DNA of 64,000 nucleotides, taken from Candidatus Nealsonbacteria bacterium. GTDB lineage: Bacteria > Patescibacteriota > Minisyncoccia > Minisyncoccales > MHMH01. Under the pieces are notes generated by a model. It was not told the origin of the DNA. It did not search any database and saw only the letters and a program-made list of their open reading frames with translations. How positions within the stretch are numbered: position 1 is the first letter of the stretch; each line of letters starts with the position of its first letter. Location of the stretch: positions 9,188 to 73,187 of the forward strand of contig JACPGX010000005.1 of NCBI GenBank assembly GCA_016188865.1. The letters run 5' to 3'. The position numbers and the translations under genes are program-made. Of the stretch, positions 29,365 to 38,642 are shown one piece after another.

Positions 29365-30121
29365 TCAATTTTTATTCATTTTAATAGCAGGAATTTTTAT
29401 CGGAGGAGCGGCAGCTTATCTGGGTTCTTTAATGCTGGCAAAAAGAATGGCCTTAGTCGGCGATGCCTTGGGACACGTGGCTTTGCCCGGCATGGGGCTG
29501 GCTTTGCTTCTGGGCTTGGATGTGTCTTTGGGCGCTTTTTCCTTTTTACTTTTAGGAATTTTTTTAATTTGGCTGTTTGAAATAAAAACTTCTTTGCCTA
29601 CGGAGGCATTAGTCGGAATTGCTTTTGTAGCTTCTTTGGCAGTCGGTTTTCTAATCGTGCCAGAGCCGGAATTATTGGAAGCTCTTTTTGGCGATATTTC
29701 AAAAATTTCTTTTGGAATGGCCGCAACTTCAGCTGTTTTTTCTATTTTAATATTTTTAATAGTAAAAAGTATTTATCCCAAGATGGTTTTAGCTAGTATC
29801 TCAAATGATTTAGCTAAAAGCGAAGGGATAGGCGTTAAAAAACAAAACTTTATTTACTTGCTATCCATTGCCCTAATTGTAGCCTTGGGAATAAAAATTG
29901 TTGGCTCTCTCTTGGTGGGCGCCTTGGTGATAGTCCCTGCGGCTGCGGCCAGAAATTTGAGCAGGAATTTAAAAGAATATTATTCGTTAAGCATAATTTT
30001 AGGAATTTTAAGCTGTTTTTTAGGCATTTTGCTTTTTGAATTCACCGGATTTTCCGCTGCCGCCATGATTATTCTCACTTCAACTTTCTTTTTTTTGGTA
30101 TCATTAATTTTTAAAAGATAA
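29357..30121 (+). CDS. Metal ABC transporter permease (ABC-3/ZnuB-like)
   Basis: MALVGDALGHVALPG; VGSLLVGALVIVPAAAAR. Confidence 0.9.
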   Translation: MDNQFLFILIAGIFIGGAAAYLGSLMLAKRMALVGDALGHVALPGMGLALLLGLDVSLGAFSFLLLGIFLIWLFEIKTSLPTEALVGIAFVASLAVGFLIVPEPELLEALFGDISKISFGMAATSAVFSILIFLIVKSIYPKMVLASISNDLAKSEGIGVKKQNFIYLLSIALIVALGIKIVGSLLVGALVIVPAAAARNLSRNLKEYYSLSIILGILSCFLGILLFEFTGFSAAAMIILTSTFFFLVSLIFKR

Positions 30122-30131
30122 ATAAAATAAT

Positions 30132-30467
30132 ATGAAAACCACCATTAAAGCAACGAATTTAAAATTGACTCCGGAAATAGAAAAAGCAATTAAAGAAAAA
30201 ATTTCTTCTCTGGATAAATTTATTCCGCACATCAATATGCCCCTTGAAGCTTTTGTTGAAGTAGCCTTAGAAACGCGCCATCATCAAAAGGGTAATATTT
30301 TTTATGCGGAAGCAAATATTAAAGTTCCCGGGAGAGTTATCCGCTCTGAAGCAAAAGACGAAGATATTTATAAAGCAATAAATGCCTTAAAAGACGAACT
30401 TAAATTGCTTTTAAATAAATACAAAGAAAAACAAATCGCATTGAGAAGAAGAGTAAAAAATGAATAA
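30132..30467 (+). CDS. hpf: Ribosome hibernation promoting factor (HPF/RaiA)
   Basis: IKATNLKLT...AEANI.VPG...DIYKAIN. Confidence 0.88.
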   Translation: MKTTIKATNLKLTPEIEKAIKEKISSLDKFIPHINMPLEAFVEVALETRHHQKGNIFYAEANIKVPGRVIRSEAKDEDIYKAINALKDELKLLLNKYKEKQIALRRRVKNE

Positions 30468-30516
30468 ACAGGTTTGCAGGCTTGATTTTTGAAAGGAATG
30501 GGCGTATCATGAGTAG

Positions 30517-30735
30517 ATGACAAAAAAACAGCAATTTTTATCTGAGCACAATAAGTTATCTCCCATGGCCCTGCAGGCTACAACAGCCTTGCTCTCGCGT
30601 TTTAGAATAGAGAAAACTTTGCTTTTTAAAGACGATAATTGGTCTTTAGACAGACTCCGGAGGCCATTTATTTTATGGCTCACTTCTTTGACTTCTCAAG
30701 AAAAAGATAATATTGAAAATAAAAATAAAACTTAG
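30517..30735 (+). CDS. Hypothetical protein
   Basis: 72-aa ORF with a promoter-like upstream region. Confidence 0.55.
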   Translation: MTKKQQFLSEHNKLSPMALQATTALLSRFRIEKTLLFKDDNWSLDRLRRPFILWLTSLTSQEKDNIENKNKT

Positions 30736-30787
30736 GACGTCCGGTGGCTGAAACCAAACTATTTTAGAGTTTGGCGGGAGGGGAGTA

Positions 30788-31291
30788 ATGGATATAAATA
30801 TTGATGAACTTTTACAAAAAAATCAAATGCTTCGACCGCTTGCTGAATTTGGCAAAAAAGAAGGTATTAAGTTTGATTGTTATATAAATAACGATGGAAT
30901 ATGGCTATTTTTTGCAAGGCTTAACAGTGAGCCTGTTATTATGATTCCGGTGAGCCAAAAACTCGACTGCATTCTTCCCATAATAGATTCTGAACCTTAC
31001 GCAAAAAAATTCGTATTGGCGCATGAATTGGGCCATGCTAGAAATTATTGGGAAAGGAAAGGATGCCCGCATAGTGAATGTTTTAGCAAGAGAATAATTG
31101 GAGAGTCATGCTTTTATGAAGAAAGGCGCGCTTGGTTAAATGGCGCCGATATTCTTAAAGAAGTTTGTCAAATTTCGCCGGAAGAGAAAAAGAGATATTT
31201 TATGTTCGCTCTCCGCGTTATTAAAACACAGGCAAGGGTTTGCATCCGCCGCTTAGCAATAAATCCTGCGGAAATTTTTCAAGACGCCTAG
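30788..31291 (+). CDS. HEXXH (ImmA/IrrE-like) metallopeptidase-domain protein
   Basis: FVLAHELGHA...EERRAW; GGGAGG SD. Confidence 0.65.
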   Translation: MDINIDELLQKNQMLRPLAEFGKKEGIKFDCYINNDGIWLFFARLNSEPVIMIPVSQKLDCILPIIDSEPYAKKFVLAHELGHARNYWERKGCPHSECFSKRIIGESCFYEERRAWLNGADILKEVCQISPEEKKRYFMFALRVIKTQARVCIRRLAINPAEIFQDA

Positions 31292-31329
31292 TAAAAACAG
31301 GCCAAGTTAGCACTTGGCCGTTTGTTTTT

Positions 31330-32502
31330 TTATGCAAGTTTTTTATGGACTTTGGTCGTGGCTTTAAGAAATAGCAGAACACCGATAATCAATATCGAAG
31401 ACGTTAAAACGAATTGGCTTTGTATGCCGAGGGTTGTGAGCAGGATGGCTGCCGCCAAAGGGCCCATAACTCTGCCTAAAGATTCAAAAGAAAAAGCCAT
31501 GCCCATAGTAGCGCCTTGGCCTTCTTTCGCTTCTTTAGATAAAATTGCATTAATGGTCGGCCGGAAAAGAGAGCCTCCCAAGCTTGAGGTTAAAATAAAA
31601 GCAGTTAAAAATATTACGCTGGGAGCGGTTGGTATTAAAAATTGTCCGGCAGCCATGATGAATACGCCTATGGCAGCTGTTTTATGTTCGCCGATAATTT
31701 TTACGGCTTTAGGCAAAAGAACCCACTGGACAATGGCCCCGAGCGTTCCCATAAAAGCGAAAACAAAACCATTTTGAACGCCAGTGAAGGCAAATTTTTC
31801 TTCTGCAAACAAGGGAAAAGCCACTTGCATATTAGATATGGCAAATGCCCAGCCAGATAATAAAAAGAATAAAGTTCCGAATTCTCCCCGCAAGCCGTTT
31901 ACCACCGCCTTTAAATTTATCAGTCCTTCCTTAATAGCGAGTTTTTCTGTTTTTTTGGTTAATGATTCTGAAAGCCAAAAAATAATAAAAAGAGAGTTTA
32001 TCAGGGAAACGGCTGAAGCCGCAAAAAATGGCAAATTGATGCTAACACCCGACAACAATCCTGAAGCGGCTGGCCCCACGATAAATCCTAAAGATTGAGT
32101 AGCGGTAAGCCGCCCCATGTATTTAACGCGATTTTCTTTTGAGGTGACGTCTCCGATGTAGGCTGCGGCGATGGGAAAGGCTCCTGCGGAAAAAATGCCG
32201 TGCATAGTGCGCGCAAGAAATAGCCAAGCAAGAGAGGGGGATAAGCCAAATATTAAAAATGAAACGGCAGAACCGGCCAAAGAAATGGCTAAAATTGGTT
32301 TTCTGCCGAATCTATCAGAAAGCCTTCCAATAATTGGAGCTGAAATGAATTGAGCGATCGAGAAAGAAGCTGCCAAGAGTCCGATTTGAGCATTGGTCGC
32401 TCCGAAAGTTTGGGCGTAAAAAGGCAGCAGGGGGAAAACCATGGAAAAGCCCGCTAAAGTAATGAAAGAGGCCAAGTATAAAAAAAAGAGTTGCGACTTC
32501 AT
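31330..32502 (-). CDS. MFS efflux transporter (TetA/DHA1-like)
   Basis: PLLPFYA, GRLSDRFGRKP motif A, about 12 TM segments. Confidence 0.92.
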   Translation of the reverse strand: MKSQLFFLYLASFITLAGFSMVFPLLPFYAQTFGATNAQIGLLAASFSIAQFISAPIIGRLSDRFGRKPILAISLAGSAVSFLIFGLSPSLAWLFLARTMHGIFSAGAFPIAAAYIGDVTSKENRVKYMGRLTATQSLGFIVGPAASGLLSGVSINLPFFAASAVSLINSLFIIFWLSESLTKKTEKLAIKEGLINLKAVVNGLRGEFGTLFFLLSGWAFAISNMQVAFPLFAEEKFAFTGVQNGFVFAFMGTLGAIVQWVLLPKAVKIIGEHKTAAIGVFIMAAGQFLIPTAPSVIFLTAFILTSSLGGSLFRPTINAILSKEAKEGQGATMGMAFSFESLGRVMGPLAAAILLTTLGIQSQFVLTSSILIIGVLLFLKATTKVHKKLA

Positions 32503-32560
32503 ATTCGTTTATTGTATAATAAAGCAATAAGCATTAATAAATATAATAAACCTAAAACAC

Positions 32561-34294
32561 ATGAAAAACAAGAGAGTTATTGTCGCAAACTTATTAATAG
32601 TTTGTTTTCTAAGTTTTTACGGCTTTGTTTTAGCCGAAGTTGATACCGATGTTCAAGCGGAAGATTTAGGCGTAACTAAGGCAAAAATTCTTCCGGGTAA
32701 TCCATTTTACGGTTTTAAAAATATTTTCAGAGGAGTGCAGGAGGGGCTTGCCCGCAATCCAATGAAAAAAGCCGAATTGCAATGGAAACATGCCAATGAA
32801 AAAGTTATTGAAGCAAAGCAATTAGTTGAAGAAAAAGGCACTCCTCAGGCTCAGGAAGACGCCGTAAGAATTCTTAAAAATGTTAATAATGATTTTGGAA
32901 AAATTGTCAGGCAAAGTGAAAATTTTTCCGGAGATGAAGAATTTCTCAGCAAAATTGCCGATCAGTCTTTAAAGCAGCAAGTTATCCTTCAAAAATTGCA
33001 AGAGCAGGTTCCTGAAGAAGTTTTTACCAAAATTGAGCAAAACCGGCAGGAGCACTTGGAAAAATTCGGCCAGGTGATGACCAGAGCCATAAAAACTCCG
33101 GAGCAAATGCGGAATTTTTTGCCGCAGGTTGTGGAAAATCAAAAAGGCAGTAATTTTAAAGAGCTAAAAGCAGTAGAAATTTTAAGGGATTTGGAAGATA
33201 AGGTGTCGCCAGAACAGAGGGAGGCCCTAAGAATGGCGCAGCAAGTAATGAGCCAGAAATTTGAACAGCGTTTTGCCAATATGCCTCAGGAAGCAAGGCA
33301 GGAGAATTTCCAAAATTATGTTGGATCTATGCCGGGCAATCCCGTTCGGCAATTTGAGGCATTTGAAACAATGAGGCAAAATTTCCAATCCCCTGAAATT
33401 ATGCAGGAAATAGAGTTGGCGAAAGATAGGGCGGTGCAGAAATTTGAAAGCCGATTTAGCCAGTTTCAGGGGGAAGAAGCTCGTCAGGAATTTATGGCTC
33501 CTTGGCGCAATGGCGATCCGGAAGATTTGAGAACGATGACTGAAATGAAAATGCGTCTAGACCAGATTCCTCAAGGTTTTCAGCAATTTCAGCAAGAAAC
33601 GCAGAATAATTTTCAAGAACGCTTTAGCAATAATCCTGAAGCCTTGAGGCAAAATCCGGTATTTCAAAGAATGGCGGAAAATCCCGATGTTGTTGATTTG
33701 AAAATGACGCAGGGATTGGGAGAAATTCCTGCTTTCAAACAATTTCAAAATCAGGCAACTGAAAAATTTATTGAAAATGTTCAACGGCCGGGGCAAGCAG
33801 CGGGCCAGCCAGTAATATTTGGCCCTCCGGTGCCAGGCGGCTTAAGAGTTTTAGAAGAGATCAGGGGACAACTTCCTATCCAAGCTCAGAGAGGAATGGA
33901 CCAAGCTATACAAACTCAAACTAAGACAATGGAAAATTATTTGGGAAAAATCGAAGATTCCAGCACTTTCCAGAGATACAAGCAGCAAATTGAGGGCGAT
34001 CAAATGATCAGGAATCAGGTACAGCAGTTTGCCCCGCGCATATTTCAGCAGCAGCCCAGCTCAGCTGGACAGCAGCCCAGCCCGTCGCCTCGACCTATTG
34101 TTCCCATGACTCCGGAAAGGGTTCAGCTTTTCGAGGAGAAGCAACCGATCCAGCAGCTGCAAGAATTTCAGCAATCTATCCAGCCGCAGCCCGTTCAACC
34201 TCAGCCAGCGCCTGCATTAGAGCCTGCTCCTCCCCCTGTTTTTCCTAACATTTTGAAGAATTTTTTGGGAGCAATATCAGAAATCGCTAAATAA
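32561..34294 (+). CDS. Secreted DUF5667-domain helical protein, Gln/Pro-rich
   Basis: Signal peptide; ILPGNPFYGFK...KAEL...ANEKVIEA. Confidence 0.75.
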   Translation: MKNKRVIVANLLIVCFLSFYGFVLAEVDTDVQAEDLGVTKAKILPGNPFYGFKNIFRGVQEGLARNPMKKAELQWKHANEKVIEAKQLVEEKGTPQAQEDAVRILKNVNNDFGKIVRQSENFSGDEEFLSKIADQSLKQQVILQKLQEQVPEEVFTKIEQNRQEHLEKFGQVMTRAIKTPEQMRNFLPQVVENQKGSNFKELKAVEILRDLEDKVSPEQREALRMAQQVMSQKFEQRFANMPQEARQENFQNYVGSMPGNPVRQFEAFETMRQNFQSPEIMQEIELAKDRAVQKFESRFSQFQGEEARQEFMAPWRNGDPEDLRTMTEMKMRLDQIPQGFQQFQQETQNNFQERFSNNPEALRQNPVFQRMAENPDVVDLKMTQGLGEIPAFKQFQNQATEKFIENVQRPGQAAGQPVIFGPPVPGGLRVLEEIRGQLPIQAQRGMDQAIQTQTKTMENYLGKIEDSSTFQRYKQQIEGDQMIRNQVQQFAPRIFQQQPSSAGQQPSPSPRPIVPMTPERVQLFEEKQPIQQLQEFQQSIQPQPVQPQPAPALEPAPPPVFPNILKNFLGAISEIAK

Positions 34295-36609
34295 TGCCAA
34301 CTATTCTCGTTATCTTTGGAGCAACCGGTGATTTAATGCGCAGGAAAATAGCGCCTGCTTTGTTTCATTTATTTGATAGGGGACAGCTTCCCGGTTTTTT
34401 TCATGTAATCGGATTTTCAAAAGATAATATCACTAAAGCCGAATTTGATAACTTAATTAAAACGGCGATTGTTAAGCACCTGAATTTTAAAGATATTGAT
34501 AATGGAAAGATAGATAAATTTTTAAATTTGTTTTCTCACAATAAAGGATTATTTGAGAATCTCGGCGATTACCATGAATTAGAAAAAGCGGCTAAAGAAA
34601 TTGACGATCAGTGGAAAATTTGCACTAATAAGCTTTTTTATCTTGCCGCTTCCCCGCAATTTTATGAGCCAATTTTTGAAAATCTTGCCAAGTCAGGCCT
34701 GACCCGTCCTTGCAGCGATGAAGAGGGTTGGACAAGAGTTATTGTGGAGAAACCTTTTGGCAAAGATTTAAAAACAGCAAACAAGCTGGAAGCTTTGCTT
34801 TGCAGGCTTTTTCGGGAAATTCAAATTTACCGCATTGATCACTACTTAGCCAAAGAAATGCTCCAAAATATTTTAGCGTTTCGTTTTTCCAATAATCTTT
34901 TTGAAAACAGCTGGAATAACAATTTAATTGAAAAAATTGAAATTCGTCTTTGGGAAAAAGCGGGCGCAGAAGACCGCGGAAGTTTTTATGATGGCTTGGG
35001 AGCCTTAAGAGATGTCGGCCAGAATCATCTTCTTCAAATGTTAGCTTTGGTTGCCATGGACAATCCCATTGATTTTTCAGCCGATGCGATTAGAGGAAAA
35101 AGAGAAGAAACTTTAAAAAGCCTTATTCTTCCCTTAAAGAAAGAAATAAAAGATTTCACTTTTAGAGCGCAATATGACGGCTATCGCAACATTGAAGGAG
35201 TGGCCAAAAATTCTGTCACAGAAACTTATTTTAAAATAAGGGCCTTTTTATCTCTTCCGAGGTGGCAGTCGGTTCCGATCATTATGGAGTCCGGCAAAAA
35301 ACTCAAAGAGCAATGCAAAGAAATAGTGGTTACCTTTAAGCATCCAATTCCTTGCCTTTGCCAGACTGGTTTGGAGTACCACGGGAATAAAATAACCATA
35401 CGCCTAGAACCGGAAGAAAAAATTACTTTGCAATTTTGGTCAAAAAAGCCGGGAGTTGGCTTTGAAACGGAAGAGCGCAGTTTCAATTTCTTTTTTAGAG
35501 AGTTAGACGGTCGTTTTCAATATACCGAAGAGTATGAGCGCCTTTTGATTGATTGCATTAATGGCAATCAAACTCTTTTTGTTTCAAGCAAGGAAGTAAC
35601 GGCAATGTGGCGGTATACCGATTCTATTATAAAAGGCTGGAACAATAATATTGTTCCGCTTAAGATTTATAAATCAAACACCGATGAGCCGATTGTTGCT
35701 TCACAGCGTATTGATAAGTCTTCTATTGCCCTGAGCAATTTTAAAAAAGAAATGGGCATTGTTGGCTTGGGGAAGATGGGCAAGAATATGGCCGATCGTT
35801 TGTCGGAGATGGGATGGAAAATATCGGGCTTTGATAAAGATTATAATTTTGGGAAATTGGTCGAAGATTTGACTAAGCCGCGCATTGTTTGGCTGATGGT
35901 GCCCGCAGGCAAGCCCGTCGAGGAAGTAATTTTTGGTAAAAATGGTTTGGTTCATTTTTTAAGCAAGGGAGATATCATTATTGATGGAGGCAATTCTTTT
36001 TATAAAGATTCCATAAACAGATTCAAAAAATTAAAGAAAAAGGGGCTTTATTTTATCGATGTCGGGTTTTCCGGAGGTCCTGAAGGAGCAAGGCATGGAG
36101 CTTCTTTGATGATTGGCGGACAAGGGGATGTTTTTAAAAAATTAGAGCCGCTTTTCAGAGATATTGCTCAAACCAATGGTTATCAATTTTTTGAGAGAGC
36201 TGGCGCAGGCCATTTTGTCAAAATGGTGCACAACGGCATCGAATATGGCATGATGCAGGCAATTGCCGAGGGATTTACTATTTTGAAGAAGGCAAAATAT
36301 AAGTTAAATCTTGCTAAGATAGCCGATGTTTATAACCACGGAAGTGTTATTGAATCTCGCTTAATCGGCTGGCTTCAAAAGTCTTTGGAATTGCACGGAG
36401 AGAATCTGGAGAGAATCACAGGCTCGGTTGCCCACACGGGCGAAGGAAAGTGGACGGTAGATACGGCAAAAGAATTGAGAGTTCAAGCAAAAATAATTGA
36501 ATCTGCCATGCAATTTAGGATTCAATCGAAAAATAATCCAAGCTATGCCGGGAAAATTTTATCCGCCTTGCGCGAGCAATTCGGAGGTCATAAAGAAGTT
36601 GCAAAATGA
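34294..36609 (+). CDS. zwf: Fused glucose-6-phosphate dehydrogenase / short-type 6-phosphogluconate dehydrogenase
   Basis: GATGDL, EKPFG, RIDHYLAK, then GLGKMG, DGGNS, SGGPEGA, GHFVKMVHNGIEYG in a single ORF. Confidence 0.92.
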   Translation: MPTILVIFGATGDLMRRKIAPALFHLFDRGQLPGFFHVIGFSKDNITKAEFDNLIKTAIVKHLNFKDIDNGKIDKFLNLFSHNKGLFENLGDYHELEKAAKEIDDQWKICTNKLFYLAASPQFYEPIFENLAKSGLTRPCSDEEGWTRVIVEKPFGKDLKTANKLEALLCRLFREIQIYRIDHYLAKEMLQNILAFRFSNNLFENSWNNNLIEKIEIRLWEKAGAEDRGSFYDGLGALRDVGQNHLLQMLALVAMDNPIDFSADAIRGKREETLKSLILPLKKEIKDFTFRAQYDGYRNIEGVAKNSVTETYFKIRAFLSLPRWQSVPIIMESGKKLKEQCKEIVVTFKHPIPCLCQTGLEYHGNKITIRLEPEEKITLQFWSKKPGVGFETEERSFNFFFRELDGRFQYTEEYERLLIDCINGNQTLFVSSKEVTAMWRYTDSIIKGWNNNIVPLKIYKSNTDEPIVASQRIDKSSIALSNFKKEMGIVGLGKMGKNMADRLSEMGWKISGFDKDYNFGKLVEDLTKPRIVWLMVPAGKPVEEVIFGKNGLVHFLSKGDIIIDGGNSFYKDSINRFKKLKKKGLYFIDVGFSGGPEGARHGASLMIGGQGDVFKKLEPLFRDIAQTNGYQFFERAGAGHFVKMVHNGIEYGMMQAIAEGFTILKKAKYKLNLAKIADVYNHGSVIESRLIGWLQKSLELHGENLERITGSVAHTGEGKWTVDTAKELRVQAKIIESAMQFRIQSKNNPSYAGKILSALREQFGGHKEVAK

Positions 36610-36654
36610 AATAAAATAAAAAGGGAGGGGAAGTTTAAGGCGCGCCCAGTTTTT

Positions 36655-38607
36655 TTATTCCACGATTATTTTTCCGGTGGATTTTTGGACATTAGAGAGC
36701 GGCCACCAAGAAGTGAATTCAAATGATTTTTCTGCGGCGAATTCCACGGTAGCTGATGAGCCCGGTTTAATAGTCCCGGTTTTAAAGACATCGCTTTTTA
36801 TTTCCAGCCCGCCGTAATACACGTTATTTTCCCTGACGAAGAAAGTCAGTCTTACTTTTGAGCCCCTCGCGGCTTTCACCGCGGAGTTAGGATAAAAACC
36901 AAAATCATCAGCCTCTAATTTTGTTTCCATAACTGCCGCGATATTGCTGGTTTCGAGATTTATTTGGATTGTTTCCGCAGGTTTTATAGCTTCTATTTTT
37001 GTTTCTGTCCTCGCTCCCGTCATTGTTTCTGCTTCCATTTTCGATTCTATTTGAGATTCTTTTTTACATTCTCCGCGGTAACTTACCGTCACGCCGGTAA
37101 TCTTAGCAAAACAAGCATTAGAGTAAGTTTTGCCGTTAGCTCCGCAAACTGGATTATATTCCAAAGTGCAGGCTGCGGGTTTTTCCGGCAATTTTCCCTC
37201 TATTATTCGCGCAAGTTTGGTAAGAAAATCTCTTACATGGCCCATATGGAGTTTGGTATTTTCGAGATTTCCATTGGTAAAGGCTTCCTTGGCGTAACCT
37301 AGATGCAAAACTGCATTATCTAAAATTTCGAAGGCATCTTTATTTTGTTCTCTAGTAAAATTACGCTCGTTGAGCAATTTTTCGTAAGTGTTGATTTTTT
37401 CTGCAAGTTCTTTTAAATGCTGTTCAAAATTTCCACTTTGAGGTTTTTCGCGTTCAAAAGATTTAAAAGCATTTCTTGCCAAAACCTCGGCTGACCTTGC
37501 TTGCCCAAACGCCTCGCCGTATTTTTCCTCTTCAAAAGCTGCTTTCGCTTCCTTTAAATGTTCTCTTGCTTCACCGAGAAGTTCTGAAACAATAGCTTTC
37601 TGTTCGGCCTCGTTAATTATTTTTTCAGCTCGTTCAATTTGCTCTTTTGCTTTTTCGTTAATATCCATTTCCTTTTTAAGCAGTTCTTCGAGGGGCTTGC
37701 GCGCTTTTTCTAAAGCTTGCGCTAAACGTTCTTCAGCTCTTTTTTGTATTTCTTCAATGATAACCGATCTTTTAGCGAAGTCTCCGGGGGTATTGCCGAT
37801 TTTTTCTTTAAGAATATCTTCGCCGCCTTTTTCCACTAATTCTTGAATATCTGTTTCCAATTTTTCAGAAAATTCTTCCCGCAATCTTTTGAGAGATTCT
37901 TTTACGGCCTCCGGAGTTTTATTGGAAAATCGGTCGATAATTTCTACCGATCTTGCATGTTTCAATTCCCCGCCCCTTTCTTCAAGAAGAACTTTTTCAA
38001 GTCTTGAGGCGAATTTCGCCGAGTCATCTTTCTTAGCAGCTTCGCCGACGAGGTTTTCACTGCCTTTTTTGACCCGGTTTATCTCTTTAGTAATTTGTTC
38101 TTTTTCACCAAACTTAAAAGAGATTTCATCAAATAATTTTTCATGCTTTACCGTTTTTTCAGTAAGTTTATTTAAAAGTTCGTCTATTTTTGGATTTTGA
38201 GAAGTTTCTTTTATAGCTTCGAATCTTTTTCTAAGATTTTCCTGGCTTTTTTGGTAGTTTTCCAGCGCTTTTTGAATGGCTTGGGTATTTTGCGGTTCAG
38301 TTTCGGTTATTTTTTTTGCTTCAGCTGCTTTTTCGTTGGTGAATTTCAGGTGCAATTCCGCCTTGGCGACGGGATTAAAAACAAAGAAGTCTTGCACGCC
38401 CCTGCCCAGTTCTTTAAAAAAATAAAGGGGACTCGTGGGTAAAACCCCCGGATTGGTAATTCCCAAGTCGCTTATGGTTACCGTCTCTTCTTCTGAGATT
38501 GAGGGAGGCCCTTGGACAATAATGCCGGCTTCTTCTTGGGCATTGGCTCCCGCAGATATTATCAGAAATAAAACGGAGAGAGATATGGACAAGATATATT
38601 TTTTCAT
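36655..38607 (-). CDS. Secreted DUF5667 protein with Kazal inhibitor domain and cupredoxin-like C-terminus
   Basis: VLPTSPLYFFK; CTLEYNPVCGANGKTYSNAC...YRGEC. Confidence 0.8.
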   Translation of the reverse strand: MKKYILSISLSVLFLIISAGANAQEEAGIIVQGPPSISEEETVTISDLGITNPGVLPTSPLYFFKELGRGVQDFFVFNPVAKAELHLKFTNEKAAEAKKITETEPQNTQAIQKALENYQKSQENLRKRFEAIKETSQNPKIDELLNKLTEKTVKHEKLFDEISFKFGEKEQITKEINRVKKGSENLVGEAAKKDDSAKFASRLEKVLLEERGGELKHARSVEIIDRFSNKTPEAVKESLKRLREEFSEKLETDIQELVEKGGEDILKEKIGNTPGDFAKRSVIIEEIQKRAEERLAQALEKARKPLEELLKKEMDINEKAKEQIERAEKIINEAEQKAIVSELLGEAREHLKEAKAAFEEEKYGEAFGQARSAEVLARNAFKSFEREKPQSGNFEQHLKELAEKINTYEKLLNERNFTREQNKDAFEILDNAVLHLGYAKEAFTNGNLENTKLHMGHVRDFLTKLARIIEGKLPEKPAACTLEYNPVCGANGKTYSNACFAKITGVTVSYRGECKKESQIESKMEAETMTGARTETKIEAIKPAETIQINLETSNIAAVMETKLEADDFGFYPNSAVKAARGSKVRLTFFVRENNVYYGGLEIKSDVFKTGTIKPGSSATVEFAAEKSFEFTSWWPLSNVQKSTGKIIVE

Positions 38608-38642
38608 GTATTATAATAAATTAATTATAATTAAATCATACT

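Noticed and set aside
34021..34240. CAG-rich stretch as a repeat array
   Set aside because: It is low-complexity Gln/Pro coding sequence without regular units.
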